Shown: piece after piece, positions 1-10,907 of the stretch
How the letters are laid out: the number at the start of each line of letters is the position of its first letter
Position numbering within the stretch: the stretch's first letter is position 1
From: Marsupella aquatica
Lineage: Eukaryota > Plantae > Marchantiophyta
Direction: 5' to 3'
Length of the DNA stretch: 64,000 nt
Assembly: GCA_973895155.1 (NCBI GenBank)
Contig: OZ316897.1
Coordinates: 12,237,832 to 12,301,831 of the forward strand
The notes under the pieces: model-generated
The model's database searches: none
Seen by the model: only the letters and a program-made list of their open reading frames with translations
Told to the model about the DNA's origin: nothing
Translations under genes and position numbers: made by a program

Positions 1-2312
1 TCCTTTTTGGCGTTAACCTCAATCCTTACGTTCATGTAATCCACTGTGAACATCATGAAATACTTACCAGCAACAAAGTCATTGTCTGGGACATCTCCAT
101 TATTGAATTCTGGGCTCTGAGCAAGCTGAACCTGAAATCTATGCCACAACGACATTGGTGCTAGAGTCATCTCCTTTTGTTGGTGCTGAATAGAGAAACC
201 CATCACCCACTGCTCCTCTCCATCATCATGTTTGCTTCTAGACTGCCACCCGTCCTCAGGATCCAAATTCCCATCAATAAGAGACGGTATAAACACTTTG
301 TCGTCCTTGCCTTTGTAGCACAATCCCAGCCATAGCAAGATAGCAATCAAATTTTCACAATCTTTGCAACCCCACCTAGCTTCAAAGAACACCTTGAAAG
401 CTCCCATTGAAATAGAACCTGTAGTGGCATCCAGTTTTCTTCTAAAGATATGGTCGCCCTCTGCACGCTCGACCATATCTTCAGACAGGAACATATTTCC
501 TATAATTTCCTCGCAGAACCAGTTCGGATTGAGGATAATAAGCTTTGGAGAAGGGATACCCCATTGAGGAGGAAAGCTCTTGTCAACGTTTATCAGGACT
601 CCAGCTTGGTCCAAATATTTAGTTGCTGATAAAATTATTTCGTGAGGGCAGTTCTCACGTAATTGCTCAACCTTCTCCACAAATTCGTCCCAACCTAGCA
701 CAGGGAACTCCTTCCTTGCCTCACTCCAAATAGGAAGGCTGTGTTGAATGACATCACAGATCATGGGAACAATCCGCTCTTTGAGCAATGTTCTGGAATG
801 TTGTAAGAGACATGTTTTAAAACCATTGACTTCCCCTCTTCTCCTAACATCCACTATAAAGGCATCAGTACGAACATCCAAAAGGCCAGTAAACTTTTTT
901 CTCTTTTCCTTTAGCAGCACCTCCCAATCTTGGCTGTTTCTCTGTACCTGTTTATGTCCTCCCATGTTGTTCAGGACAACAAAGACATGTCGGGTTTGTC
1001 TGGTGGCCTCGTGGTAGCTCGATGCAATGTACCGTAACCAGTAATCAAGCTGTTTCTCGACCTCATTTGGTGGACAGCTGGAATTGCAAACAATGACAAA
1101 TATGGTAGCTGCTCCTTGAGAGATGGTGGAGTTCCCAAATGAGAAACTTAGAGCGGGGAAGAAAGCATTGTGCACCAAATGATAATCTTCCTGTCCCGCC
1201 ATGTCCCAAACCTGCAGTGTTATTGGGTTTTGATTTTTCCACTTGCTACCTTTGCTGCCGATTTTGGAGACATCAATGCCTCTTGTGCGGGCCTCCACGT
1301 GAGGCCTCCTTTCCCATGTCCGTAGTGATCGCCAAAGTGTCCTCTTCAATGTATGACAAAGTGTTGTCTTCCCCATTTTTGGATCCCCACAAAGATAAAT
1401 CTTTCCAAAGGCAGCTGGGACCATGGAAGAGCCTGAGAGCCCCGCTAAAATATCCTTGTATCTGGTATTGCGCTTCCTTAGTTGCTGATATTGGCGTCCC
1501 AAGTCTGGAAACTTCAACGAATCAAGGTTTACTTGGACAGTGAGAGACTTGTTTAGGGCGAACGCAGACAACAAAGCAGCGGCGCCTTCTTCAGAAGGGT
1601 TTGGCACATTAAGGTCCTTTAGTGAATCAAGGCGACCAGATTTAAGGGCCTCGACTAACGACAGCATGCCCACATCTGTGAAACGATTCCGGTCAACATT
1701 CAAAAGATCTAAATTTGGCATTGCGGTGACGTCGCCATATTGGAAGGCGGTTGCAAGTGTAGCCACGTCATCATCACTGATGCCAGTCTCCCAGAGACTG
1801 AGAGTGGTCAACTTCTCCAAATTACCGGATTGAATTGCACGTCCAAGAGCTTCGACGGCTTTGGTTCCTACCGCGTTCCCACCAAAGTCAAGTATCCTAA
1901 AAGATGGAAATTTTGCTGAAGCCAGAGCATTGCTGACTGCCTCACTACGATCGTCCTCTAACCCGGTTTGTTCAAGCGACAAAGCTTCCAATGCAGACAT
2001 TTGACCAGATGCCATAGCCTCGGCAAGGATGAAGTGTCCTCTCCCAATATCCTGAAGGTCTAGGTCGATGACTGTCACTTGCGACAGATTGCCGCGCTTC
2101 ATGGCGTCGCGTAGTTCCACAATACTTCTAATTTGGATCCGACTGCTGCTGCCAGTGCTAGCCGACTCAGGCGCGACATCTTGACGCTCAGCCTGCTGCC
2201 CCGAACCAAATTTATCATCGGAGTGACGAAAGTGTTCCCCTCCTGTTCCCTGCGAGTCTTCTTGCCTAGACTCTCCACCCGTCACTCCATTCGCGCCCTC
2301 TCTTCGATCCAT
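1..2312 (-). CDS. TRN1-like: TORNADO1-like LRR-Roc-COR (Roco) protein, copy 1; 3' end lies beyond the left window edge
   Basis: Manual translation from ATG at 2312 gives MDRREGANGVTGGES..., RI-type LRRs, P-loop IYLCGDPKMGKTT and G3 WDMAGQEDY, colinear with 21256..24936. No stop was found, and the ORF track lists no terminated ORF in this frame, so it is open to the edge. Confidence 0.9.
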   Translation of the reverse strand, partial: MDRREGANGVTGGESRQEDSQGTGGEHFRHSDDKFGSGQQAERQDVAPESASTGSSSRIQIRSIVELRDAMKRGNLSQVTVIDLDLQDIGRGHFILAEAMASGQMSALEALSLEQTGLEDDRSEAVSNALASAKFPSFRILDFGGNAVGTKAVEALGRAIQSGNLEKLTTLSLWETGISDDDVATLATAFQYGDVTAMPNLDLLNVDRNRFTDVGMLSLVEALKSGRLDSLKDLNVPNPSEEGAAALLSAFALNKSLTVQVNLDSLKFPDLGRQYQQLRKRNTRYKDILAGLSGSSMVPAAFGKIYLCGDPKMGKTTLCHTLKRTLWRSLRTWERRPHVEARTRGIDVSKIGSKGSKWKNQNPITLQVWDMAGQEDYHLVHNAFFPALSFSFGNSTISQGAATIFVIVCNSSCPPNEVEKQLDYWLRYIASSYHEATRQTRHVFVVLNNMGGHKQVQRNSQDWEVLLKEKRKKFTGLLDVRTDAFIVDVRRRGEVNGFKTCLLQHSRTLLKERIVPMICDVIQHSLPIWSEARKEFPVLGWDEFVEKVEQLRENCPHEIILSATKYLDQAGVLINVDKSFPPQWGIPSPKLIILNPNWFCEEIIGNMFLSEDMVERAEGDHIFRRKLDATTGSISMGAFKVFFEARWGCKDCENLIAILLWLGLCYKGKDDKVFIPSLIDGNLDPEDGWQSRSKHDDGEEQWVMGFSIQHQQKEMTLAPMSLWHRFQVQLAQSPEFNNGDVPDNDFVAGKYFMMFTVDYMNVRIEVNAKK

Positions 2313-4030
2313 TGGATTAGCTCGATATCGTACCCTCCGACAGGTTCCCTCCTCTACATCGCACAAGCAGCTCTGTCGCCAATTGGTCCCAGGAAACCCA
2401 AGCGGATCAGTTTGATCCAGCCAGTCAATTGCCGCACTCAAATCACCGATGGTCCTTGGTACCTGGTGATCGCACCTCCCACCAGGCCTTTTTTATCCTC
2501 CAGAATGGTGAAATAGCTAGAGCAAATTGATTCAGTTCGATGCCTCTCGAATCCCCGACTGTTGCCAATGCTGATTGGACCGGAGCAGGCCTTTTCTCCC
2601 ACCAAGGTGTTGAGGAGAGTACAGAACCACCAGTAGCGCCTGAAGCCAGCTCGATTGGAACATGCAAGTCAATGTAATCGTCATTGATGTCGTGTTTCCA
2701 ACGCTTTTGATTTCTGGCAAACGCTGGACTCTTCATTTGCATGAGACAGACCTTCGACACTGCATTCGTGAAGACGTTTGGATCTGACTCAAAAAGAGGA
2801 CAAAAGTTTGGGCTAGCAGCATTGATCGTGTAGACAAGGATTGTTTCAAGATGTTGTGAATGATCTATTGAAAATTGACCTACTACGCAAGCAGTTATTA
2901 ACATATTTAATCCTACGACAGAGGGAGACTTGTCTGATTACCGAGACGTTACTGACGCATGCTTTGCCGATTCGAGTAAGCTGAAATGGAACGATCCTGA
3001 TCCCGGCATTGTTTCTGCCGCACAGGATGATCAACCAAAGAGTACAATTAATCAGCGGTGAAAATGGGAAATTGAAAGCTAAAATTCTCCAGGGGAATGT
3101 TGAGAGCTTTGTGGAGGCGCAGTTGGTGATGGGGGAAACATTAATCAAACCGAACTATCAAAGTTTAGTCATGATCGTTCTACCTAGGACACAGGATGTA
3201 AATAGAATCTATAGATCGAGAGGATGACGACCCAATCCACAGGCCGGGTCCTTCTTAATAATTCAGATTCGCAAGACAGATTAAACATTCAACATAGACA
3301 AGATGACTTACCTGAACGAGCAACATACTCGAGGAAATTTTCATCCGGGTTTTCATCCAGTCAGGTTGAAAAACCAAAGCTTGCCTGAACACTGGCAGCA
3401 GCATTCAACTCGGAATGAGTTCACGCCTACAACCAAGCACATGGTGGCCGTATAGGAAGTCACTGCACAAGGAGTGGATGTGTCATGGAACCTTTCGTAG
3501 TCTTTGCGAATTGATTTTGGCCATGGATGTGTGCCATGGATGTTGTACTTAACACATTTCCTTGCTGATATGACTGTATATACAACCTAAGGGACAACTG
3601 ACCCGCAAGCTTTAGAGACTTTGCTTCTGTTTATTGAAGAGATCAATGTGAAATACCCGTTGCTTGATTCTGATAACTTCTCAGGCTGCCTTTTAGATAC
3701 AGTCATTTTACACCACTGGACTAGCGAAGCCACAGTCCCGTCTCTGGAAGCCCGTGATGCGTTTGTTGCAGAACAATACCCGATTTGGGGTTCAGTGACA
3801 AAGGCGATCAAAAGAGTGAAGCGGCAGTAAGTTGCCCGATTTGCAACCAACAGAACTAACTATTCCTCGACTTCAAAACTTCAGAGAACTTCAGGGGACT
3901 CCTTCCATTCTGTGAACATTATAGTAAGAGACTTCTCTACTTCTGATGAGAATAGCTCGTCACAACAGTGATAGAGGAGGGTATGTCTACACTTCTAGGA
4001 GTAGATTCGATGTGAACGCCAAAATAATAT
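2313..4030. repeat. 5' flank of Roco copy 1, duplicated as the 5' flank of copy 3 (about 44404..46130)
   Basis: Near-identical sequence. Matching spurious ORFs: 2443..2904 vs 44534..45001, 2846..3148 vs 44937..45239, 3621..3830 vs 45706..45915. Confidence 0.9.
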
Positions 4031-4513
4031 TCGAACCGATGGTGTTGACCGAGCTATCCACGAGCTCACGAAGGACCTGTCCTTAATGATTGTGCTCCCG
4101 AACAGTAGTTCCAGACTTGCAGGCGCCCTCCGAAGATTTCGCTGTCTCTTAAGGGTCGCATTTTCCGAGGAGCCAACATGCGAGTTGGCTCTTAGGGTGA
4201 GAAGTGAGGATTTCAACAATTCAACTGGAATTATCCTATCGTCTTGCACGTACCTCTGTCAACACGTTAATAAGAAGCGCGGGACCCCACAGTTAAAAAC
4301 GCTAGAATGGTGGGCTCCGGAGACAACTTGCCAGGTTACTGTAGGGCCTCGCAAGTCACGAATGATGACCAAAAAGGTCACCGGTGCTTAGGTTGATTGG
4401 GCCCGGTGGAATCTAAAGGAGATGGGTGACGAAGAGCCCTACGGTAGGGTAGCAGCATGATTCTACCTAGTCTTCAGGGGGCAAAGTACTAACAATGGAG
4501 GGATTTGCTTAAT

Positions 4514-5275
4514 CAGCTTTTTATCAACCTGTCCCCTCCCCCTAACTTGCCTAAATCTCTAAGGTGTCCCGGAACCAAATTTACTTGCTTCCCTGCCCCC
4601 CATATAGTATACGGGTTAGTACTAACCCAACTTTGGGTTCCCAATGTGTGATTGGCCCAGACTAACCTGCCTGAGTTAAGCTTCTCCCTCCCTGTGGCAG
4701 CCCGTTATGGAAGTGGGCTTCGCTTCGCTTCAGACCCAGGAGGAAGCACAGCCCAAGTACGCAGCCCTTGCGAAATGCAGCCCACCCCACTTTAACGCAG
4801 CCTGAGCACACAGCATCGACTTCCCGGCTCTGTTTTTACAAAGGAAACGCCAGCCCCATTATTACAAAGGAAAGATTGTCGCAAATGTTTACACATTATT
4901 TTGCCTCCCCACTTTTGGCAGTGTCATACCTTCACTCTCGATCTTTGAGCAGTTGCAACCTTCGCCCCCAGGGTTTACACACACAGGCCCAGCAAAGTTG
5001 TCACTCTGTACCTCATTTTCCCTGCATTTTCTTGCCCTGTTTTTTACAAAGAAACAAATGTCGCAAATCAAAACGGGCCGCCACAGGGAGGGGGAAGCTT
5101 AACTTGGGTGGGTTAGTCCGGACCAATCACGCCTTGACATCTGGCGGCGGGGATCCGACATTGTGTTAGTACTAACCCATATACTGTTGGGGGGGCAGGG
5201 AGTGAAGCAAATACATTTGTTTGGGGACACCTTAGAGATTTTGGCAAGTTAGGGGGACAGGCTAATAAAAAGCCC
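4514..5275. mobile_element. Non-autonomous Mutator-like (MULE) foldback element
   Basis: Imperfect terminal inverted repeats of about 200 bp (4514..4707 vs 5071..5275, e.g. ccccctaacttgcctaaatctctaaggtgtccc / gggacaccttagagattttggcaagttaggggg). Flanked by the 10-bp direct repeat TTTGCTTAAT (4504..4513, 5276..5285). Confidence 0.8.
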
Positions 5276-5985
5276 TTTGCTTAATAGACCTCTTCCTTCC
5301 TGGAGATATAGTTTGCTTGATCAGCCCCTGGAACCCTTTATGCCTCAATCATATCCCTCTTGATGATCCCTACTGAATGTTCTTCTATATAGGTTCTTAT
5401 AAGATAAATATTTGGGTTAGAAGCACCAAACAGGGTGAATTAATTGTGACTGTATGCCTCAACCACAAACAATGCAAATATTTGAAAGTGAACCACGCCC
5501 GGTACCGGGGCTCAAACTGAGTGCAGGCGACGTTGTGGAGACATGTCAATCCTTTTTGTGTCGTCTGTACATTGACATTATGGCTATTCGAATTTGAAGA
5601 CATTGACGTGAATGTCTTCACTTTGTAAACATCATTCTGTGTTTTGCAATATTCTCTCATTACGTCGTTTTCATCCACGCAAGAATGGCAACAAGTTTTC
5701 CCGAGGTGCAAAAATCTGCCAGATTCAATTGCACAAGAAAGCAAGGTACTCTTGTGCAGATGGTTGAAAAAGTGTGGTGAGAAGACATTGTACACAATGT
5801 CTCCCGAAACCACCAATGGCAGCCATTTACCCCCGCCCAAATGGCATGGGCGACCAAATATACTTTGGCTGGAAATAATGCTAAGTGTGGTGAGAAGACA
5901 ATGTCCACAATGTCTTCTACATCAGGAAATTGGGGTGCTAGTTATTTGTTGTATAATCATTGTTGAAAAAACCTGTGCAGGGTAC

Positions 5986-6406
5986 TGTTGAGCATAGACG
6001 ACGATCGCAACGGCAAGCCCATGAACCATCCAACGCACAATAGTCGACACAAGAGATACGTGGTTCACCTCCTTGAGGCTACGTCCACGGGAACACACAA
6101 GAGAGCTTTACTGAACTCTAAGCCCGTCGGCTATACCGAGTCTCCACAGTGTAAGCTCTCCCTATCTCTCAAGTGGCTCCATAACAATGAGCCTTGGTTC
6201 TACCTCTCCAAGCACACATGCCTCTTATGATATAGTGTGCAACTTAGTTGTACCTAACCACATAGTTGTACCTAATCACGTAGTTGTACCTAACCACATA
6301 GTTGTACCTAATCACGTAGTTGTACCTAACCACATAGTTGTACCAACCCACGTTGTTGTACCAACCACGTCATACCTAACCTAGACGTAAGAGTAAATAC
6401 CCAACA
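5986..6406 (-). repeat. 3' LTR of Copia-A (421 bp) with about 7 copies of an 18-bp tandem repeat
   Basis: Matches 12062..12518 except for 2 substitutions seen by eye and 36 bp (two repeat units). Confidence 0.95.
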
Positions 6407-6596
6407 ATCTTCCCCTTGACTCTGGTCTAGGGGAGAGTAATACTGCCAATGTATATGATCCCTCAGCGGGAAGTTCTGGATAAAAACCAAACTGGTTTCC
6501 CTCTCTAACTAGAGCAAACCAGAACTAAGCCGTAGCCTAATACATAGGAATGAGGAAGAGCATATATCAGTAATTACAATGAATGTTAAGAAAACT

Positions 6597-9500
6597 CTAC
6601 TTGTGATGCAATTGCAAAACCTGCAATACATCACGGTGTCTAGAGAAACTCTCCAAATGAATCACTTTGGTAAATGCGTCAGCCGGGTTGAGTTTACCAT
6701 CAATCTTGACTAGCTCAAACAAATTATCAGACACAGCCTGCCTGATAAAATGGTACCTGACGTCAATGTGCTTCACTCTGCTGTCCATCACCTGGTTCAC
6801 AGCAAGGTGGAGCGCACTTTGACTATCACAATGGAACTTCACATTCCCCTGTGGCAATCCCATTTCAGTGATAAGTCTATCCAACCAAATCGCTTCCTTT
6901 GCTGCTTCCGCAGCTGCAACATACTCCGCTTCTGTAGTAGACTGAGCAATACACTTCTGCAAAGTAGACCTCCAACTTATGCATCCACCGCCAAGTGTGA
7001 ACACGTATCCTGTTGTTGATCTCCTTCGGTCCAAATCTTGTCCATAGTCAGAATCAACATAGCCAATCAATGATTTAGCATTCTTTGCATTCGCATCAAA
7101 TAAAAGACCATGATCCACGGTACCCTTCAAGTACCTGATAATCCACTTCACTGCTTCCCAGTGTACCTTCCCTGGATTTGACATGTACCTGCTTACCTTG
7201 CCCATAGCCATGGCAAGATCAGGTCTAGTGCAAGTCATCAAATACATGAGACTCCCCACTGCCTTGTCATACGGAACCTTTGACATCAACCCCTTCTCTG
7301 TGTCATCCGTAGGACAGAACGCTGATGATAACTTGAAGTGTGGAGCCAACGGGGTACTTACTGGCTTGCTATTCCCCATGTTGAACCTTGCAATTACCTT
7401 CCTCGCATAACTGCTCTGCGTCAACCATAGCTTGCCAGCCTCCAAGTCCCTAGTGATCTCCATACCCAAAATCCTCTTAGCTGGCCCTAAGTCCTTCATC
7501 TTAAACTCTGCACTAAGCAGTGCCTTGAGCTTAACAATCTCAGACCTATCCTTGGCTGCAATTAGCATATCATCCACATAAAGTACTAAAACAATGAACC
7601 CAAATACAATATTCTTTACCGATTTCAAATACACACAAGGGTCAAATACACTTCTGTGAAAACCTTGTGACCAAATCCAATCGTCAAACCGCTTGTTCCA
7701 CTGTCTTGGTGACTGCTTCAACCCATACAAGGATTTCAGCAATCTGCAAACCAATTCCTCCTGTCCTCTCTTCACAAAACCTAGCGGTTGTCTCATGAAG
7801 ATCACCTCTTCCAATGTGCCATAGAGGAAAGCTGTGACAACATCCATCTGATCTAGCAGCAGACCAAACATTACAACAAGTACACACAATAGTCGTATTG
7901 TAGAGTACTTAGCAACTGGTGAGAAGACCTCATTGTAATCCACACCTTTCTCTTGTGTGAATCCCTTTGCTACCAACCTAGCCTTGTAGACCTTCGATCC
8001 ACCTCCTATGGAATTATCCTTCAGCTTGTAAATCCACTTGTTGTCCACCACTTGCTGACCCTTAGGCAGCTTAACAAGCTCCCAAGTTTTGTTGTCCTTT
8101 AGTGACTGCATCTCCGTTTGCATTGCTGCAGTCCACTTTTGCTTCTCCTTTGAAGCACTTGCCTCATGAAATGAAGAAGGTTCCCCTTCTTCCAAAATTA
8201 ACGCATCACCCTCATCATCAGCTGCAAAATCATTTTCTTGCAGTTGAGATGAATCAACCCACTGTCCATACCTTGGTGGAGCACGTACAGTGCGACCAGA
8301 TGTTCTTCTAGCCGATGACTTCGGTTGATCTGCGTGTGCTGGTACAATTTGAAGCTCAACAGCATCCACTTGCTGCTCACCAGCATCAACAAACTCCTCT
8401 GGTTCCTCTGGCACAGGAACCAGCTCCATAATTGGAGCAACTCCTTCTCTCCGGTCATGCACCTCATAACCAATCTCCCCCTCAACGAGATCCGGGATAG
8501 GAGATTTTCCTTTGTCAGTACGGGAGACCTGAGTATTCTCCCCCTCCTTCAATAATCTGGATTCATTGAAGGAAACATCCCTACTGACAACGAGCTTACA
8601 GGCAATAGGATCCCATAGCCTATAGGCTTTCACACCACTCTGGTACCCAAGAAAAACACATTTCTTGGAGGTAGGATCCAACTTGGTCCTATTCTGCTTC
8701 GGTGTGAGAGCATATGCATCACTTCCAAAAACTACCAAGCCATGATAGTGTGCTTGCCGCTTATAGCGCATCTCAAACGGCGTTTTGAAATTGATAGCAC
8801 TAGAAGGAGAAAGATTTACCAAATAAGCTGCGGTATTGACAGCTTCTGCCCAAAATTCTTGTGGTAAATCTGATTGGCTCAACATACTCCGTGACCGCTC
8901 CAACAGTGTCCGATTGAGCCTCTCAGCGACACCATTCTGCTGCGGAGTATAAACTGTGGTGAGATGGCGAGTTATCCCCTGTTCTGAACAGTACTCTTCA
9001 AATTCCATTGAAGTGTACTCCCCGCCGTTGTCTGACCTCAGACTCTTCACCCTTGTATCCAAACACTTGATCGTGTTTCCAGTCTGATTCTCCACCTGGG
9101 CCTTCCACTTCTTAAAAATGGACAAGACATCAGACTTATGCGTCATGAAATAAATCCACACAAATCTTGAGTAATCATCAATAAATGATACATAGTACAA
9201 CTTTCCAGAGTGTGAGGGAGTCGGGGATGGACCCCACACGTCACTATGTATGTACTCAAGAACCACTTTGGAACGATGAGTTCCAACACCAAAAGCACGA
9301 CGATGCTGCTTTCCAAGAATGCAATGCTCACAAAACTCTAATTTACAAGATTGCAAATCAGAAATGAGTCCATTCTTCCGTAAGATAGCCAAACCCTTCT
9401 CACTCATGTGGCCTAGCCGTGAATGCCACAGTTGAGTCATCTCCTTGTGAGACTTGGTTACATTGGCCTCTCCACATACAGTATTGCCCTGTAACACATA

Positions 9501-9866
9501 CAAATTCTTTTGTCTACTCCCCTTCAAAATCACTGTCTCTCCCGACCTGACTTGAAGTTCACCATCAATAACGCTCCATTGATGACCATTTGAATCCAAC
9601 ACACCGAGTGAAATCAGATTCTTACGCATGCCAGGTACATACCTGACTCCGGACACTGTGCGCACAGCGCCATCAAACATTTGAATCTTCACAGACCCAA
9701 TTCCCTCAATTTGACAGGAGTGATCATTTCCCATCAGAACTGAACCGTTTGAAATAGAGTAAGAACTGAAAAACTCACGAATGTAACAAATATGAAAAGA
9801 GCAAGCACAATCAAGAATCCACACATCATCTGCTCTCCTAGACGTGCATAGGGCATACCCCCGGCT
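6597..9866 (-). CDS. pol: Copia-A Pol (protease, GAG-pre-integrase, integrase, RT, RNase H), in frame with gag behind a single TGA
   Basis: WILDCACSFH (protease; DCA rather than DSG/DSA), HSRLGH..CEHC, DVWGP..SDNGGEY..VAERLNRT, YKARLVAKG, LYVDDML, KHIDVRYHF, ADAFTK. Confidence 0.93.
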   Translation of the reverse strand, partial: SRGYALCTSRRADDVWILDCACSFHICYIREFFSSYSISNGSVLMGNDHSCQIEGIGSVKIQMFDGAVRTVSGVRYVPGMRKNLISLGVLDSNGHQWSVIDGELQVRSGETVILKGSRQKNLYVLQGNTVCGEANVTKSHKEMTQLWHSRLGHMSEKGLAILRKNGLISDLQSCKLEFCEHCILGKQHRRAFGVGTHRSKVVLEYIHSDVWGPSPTPSHSGKLYYVSFIDDYSRFVWIYFMTHKSDVLSIFKKWKAQVENQTGNTIKCLDTRVKSLRSDNGGEYTSMEFEEYCSEQGITRHLTTVYTPQQNGVAERLNRTLLERSRSMLSQSDLPQEFWAEAVNTAAYLVNLSPSSAINFKTPFEMRYKRQAHYHGLVVFGSDAYALTPKQNRTKLDPTSKKCVFLGYQSGVKAYRLWDPIACKLVVSRDVSFNESRLLKEGENTQVSRTDKGKSPIPDLVEGEIGYEVHDRREGVAPIMELVPVPEEPEEFVDAGEQQVDAVELQIVPAHADQPKSSARRTSGRTVRAPPRYGQWVDSSQLQENDFAADDEGDALILEEGEPSSFHEASASKEKQKWTAAMQTEMQSLKDNKTWELVKLPKGQQVVDNKWIYKLKDNSIGGGSKVYKARLVAKGFTQEKGVDYNEVFSPVAKYSTIRLLCVLVVMFGLLLDQMDVVTAFLYGTLEEVIFMRQPLGFVKRGQEELVCRLLKSLYGLKQSPRQWNKRFDDWIWSQGFHRSVFDPCVYLKSVKNIVFGFIVLVLYVDDMLIAAKDRSEIVKLKALLSAEFKMKDLGPAKRILGMEITRDLEAGKLWLTQSSYARKVIARFNMGNSKPVSTPLAPHFKLSSAFCPTDDTEKGLMSKVPYDKAVGSLMYLMTCTRPDLAMAMGKVSRYMSNPGKVHWEAVKWIIRYLKGTVDHGLLFDANAKNAKSLIGYVDSDYGQDLDRRRSTTGYVFTLGGGCISWRSTLQKCIAQSTTEAEYVAAAEAAKEAIWLDRLITEMGLPQGNVKFHCDSQSALHLAVNQVMDSRVKHIDVRYHFIRQAVSDNLFELVKIDGKLNPADAFTKVIHLESFSRHRDVLQVLQLHHK

Positions 9867-10907
9867 TCATAAAACATACTCATCATTGAGTAAATCAGCT
9901 TCTCCATCAGCCTTAGCCACATTTGCCGATGAAGTTTCCGCTGCCTTTCCCTTACAGTCTCGCTTGAAGTGTCCAACTTGGTTGCACTTCCAACATGTCA
10001 CCTGCCTCCTCTGAGGGGATTTACCCTTGGACTTAGATCTGGATTTAGATCTAAACTGGGTTCTACGGTCCCCAGTTGGTCGCTGCATACCCCTCCCATG
10101 GTTAACATTGAGGGCAGCACCAGATGATGAAGGCTGTGATGTGATGTGCATCTTCTGCTGAAGATCATCACTAAGCAGAGAACTTACCACGTCATTGTAT
10201 GAAATGGTATCCCTATCACGATGCAACAACACTCGTGATAGGGACTGGTAAGATGGAGGCAATGAACTAAGAAGCTGCAGAGCCTTCGTCTCATCATTCA
10301 AAGTCTCCCCAAGGTTTTCCAAGTCAACGACCATGTCGTTGAAAGCATCCACATGGTCTTGCAACTTTGTACCGGATTCCTTCATCCTGAAACTCATGAG
10401 TTTGTAGGAAGTGTAGAGCCGGTTCGACAACTCCTTGCGGTGATACTTGCTCTGCAATTCCGCAAACAAGGACATGCAATCCTTATGTGCACCCAACTGC
10501 TTGATGATGGGAGGCATGAGATAGAGTGTAACACACCACACTCCCTGCTCCTGCATGCGGTCCCATTGTTTCTCATCAACATCGTCTTCACGAGGGCTCA
10601 GCAGTTGGCCCATCCCTGACGCATAGAGCACTCCCTTCACCTGCTTCTCCCATAGCAAGTAGTCAGAGCGCCCATCATACTTTGTCACTTCATACTTGGG
10701 TCCCCCAAGCTTGAAAGTCCCCATCTTCTTCTTTGGCACTACCGTGAGCTCCGGTAGTAGTACTGCTTCCTCCACCACACGCCGCACCGGTGATGGTATC
10801 GGTGTCACGTGCTCTTCCTCCTGCTCCTCTCTCTGCCCCTGAAACCTCCGCGGTGATCCTCGTGCTTCAAGTTCCACGTCTTCGAAAAACTCCTCCGAAT
10901 CACTCAT
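9867..10907 (-). CDS. gag: Copia-A Gag with CCHC zinc knuckle
   Basis: 346-aa ORF with KYDGRSDYLLW, LLSSLPPSY and CWKCNQVGHFKRDC. Confidence 0.93.
   Translation of the reverse strand: MSDSEEFFEDVELEARGSPRRFQGQREEQEEEHVTPIPSPVRRVVEEAVLLPELTVVPKKKMGTFKLGGPKYEVTKYDGRSDYLLWEKQVKGVLYASGMGQLLSPREDDVDEKQWDRMQEQGVWCVTLYLMPPIIKQLGAHKDCMSLFAELQSKYHRKELSNRLYTSYKLMSFRMKESGTKLQDHVDAFNDMVVDLENLGETLNDETKALQLLSSLPPSYQSLSRVLLHRDRDTISYNDVVSSLLSDDLQQKMHITSQPSSSGAALNVNHGRGMQRPTGDRRTQFRSKSRSKSKGKSPQRRQVTCWKCNQVGHFKRDCKGKAAETSSANVAKADGEADLLNDEYVL

Noticed and set aside
364-1833. Recurrent plus-strand ORFs antisense to the Roco genes (also at 22997..24244 and 35363..37597)
   Set aside because: Shadow ORFs of the real minus-strand CDS. 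Their stops and lengths vary between copies.
2443-2904. 153-aa minus ORF upstream of copy 1, conserved at 44534..45001
   Set aside because: No recognisable domain. The conservation is explained by the recent segmental duplication, and the ORF is truncated in copy 2's flank.
5397-5985. ORFs in the Copia-A target region (continuing after 12524)
   Set aside because: Possibly a decayed element, but I could not recognise any motif or termini.
6187-6384. VVPNHI-repeat peptide ORF (also 12263..12496); CRISPR-like appearance
   Set aside because: This is the translation of the LTR 18-bp minisatellite. There are no unique spacers and the context is eukaryotic, so it is not a CRISPR array.
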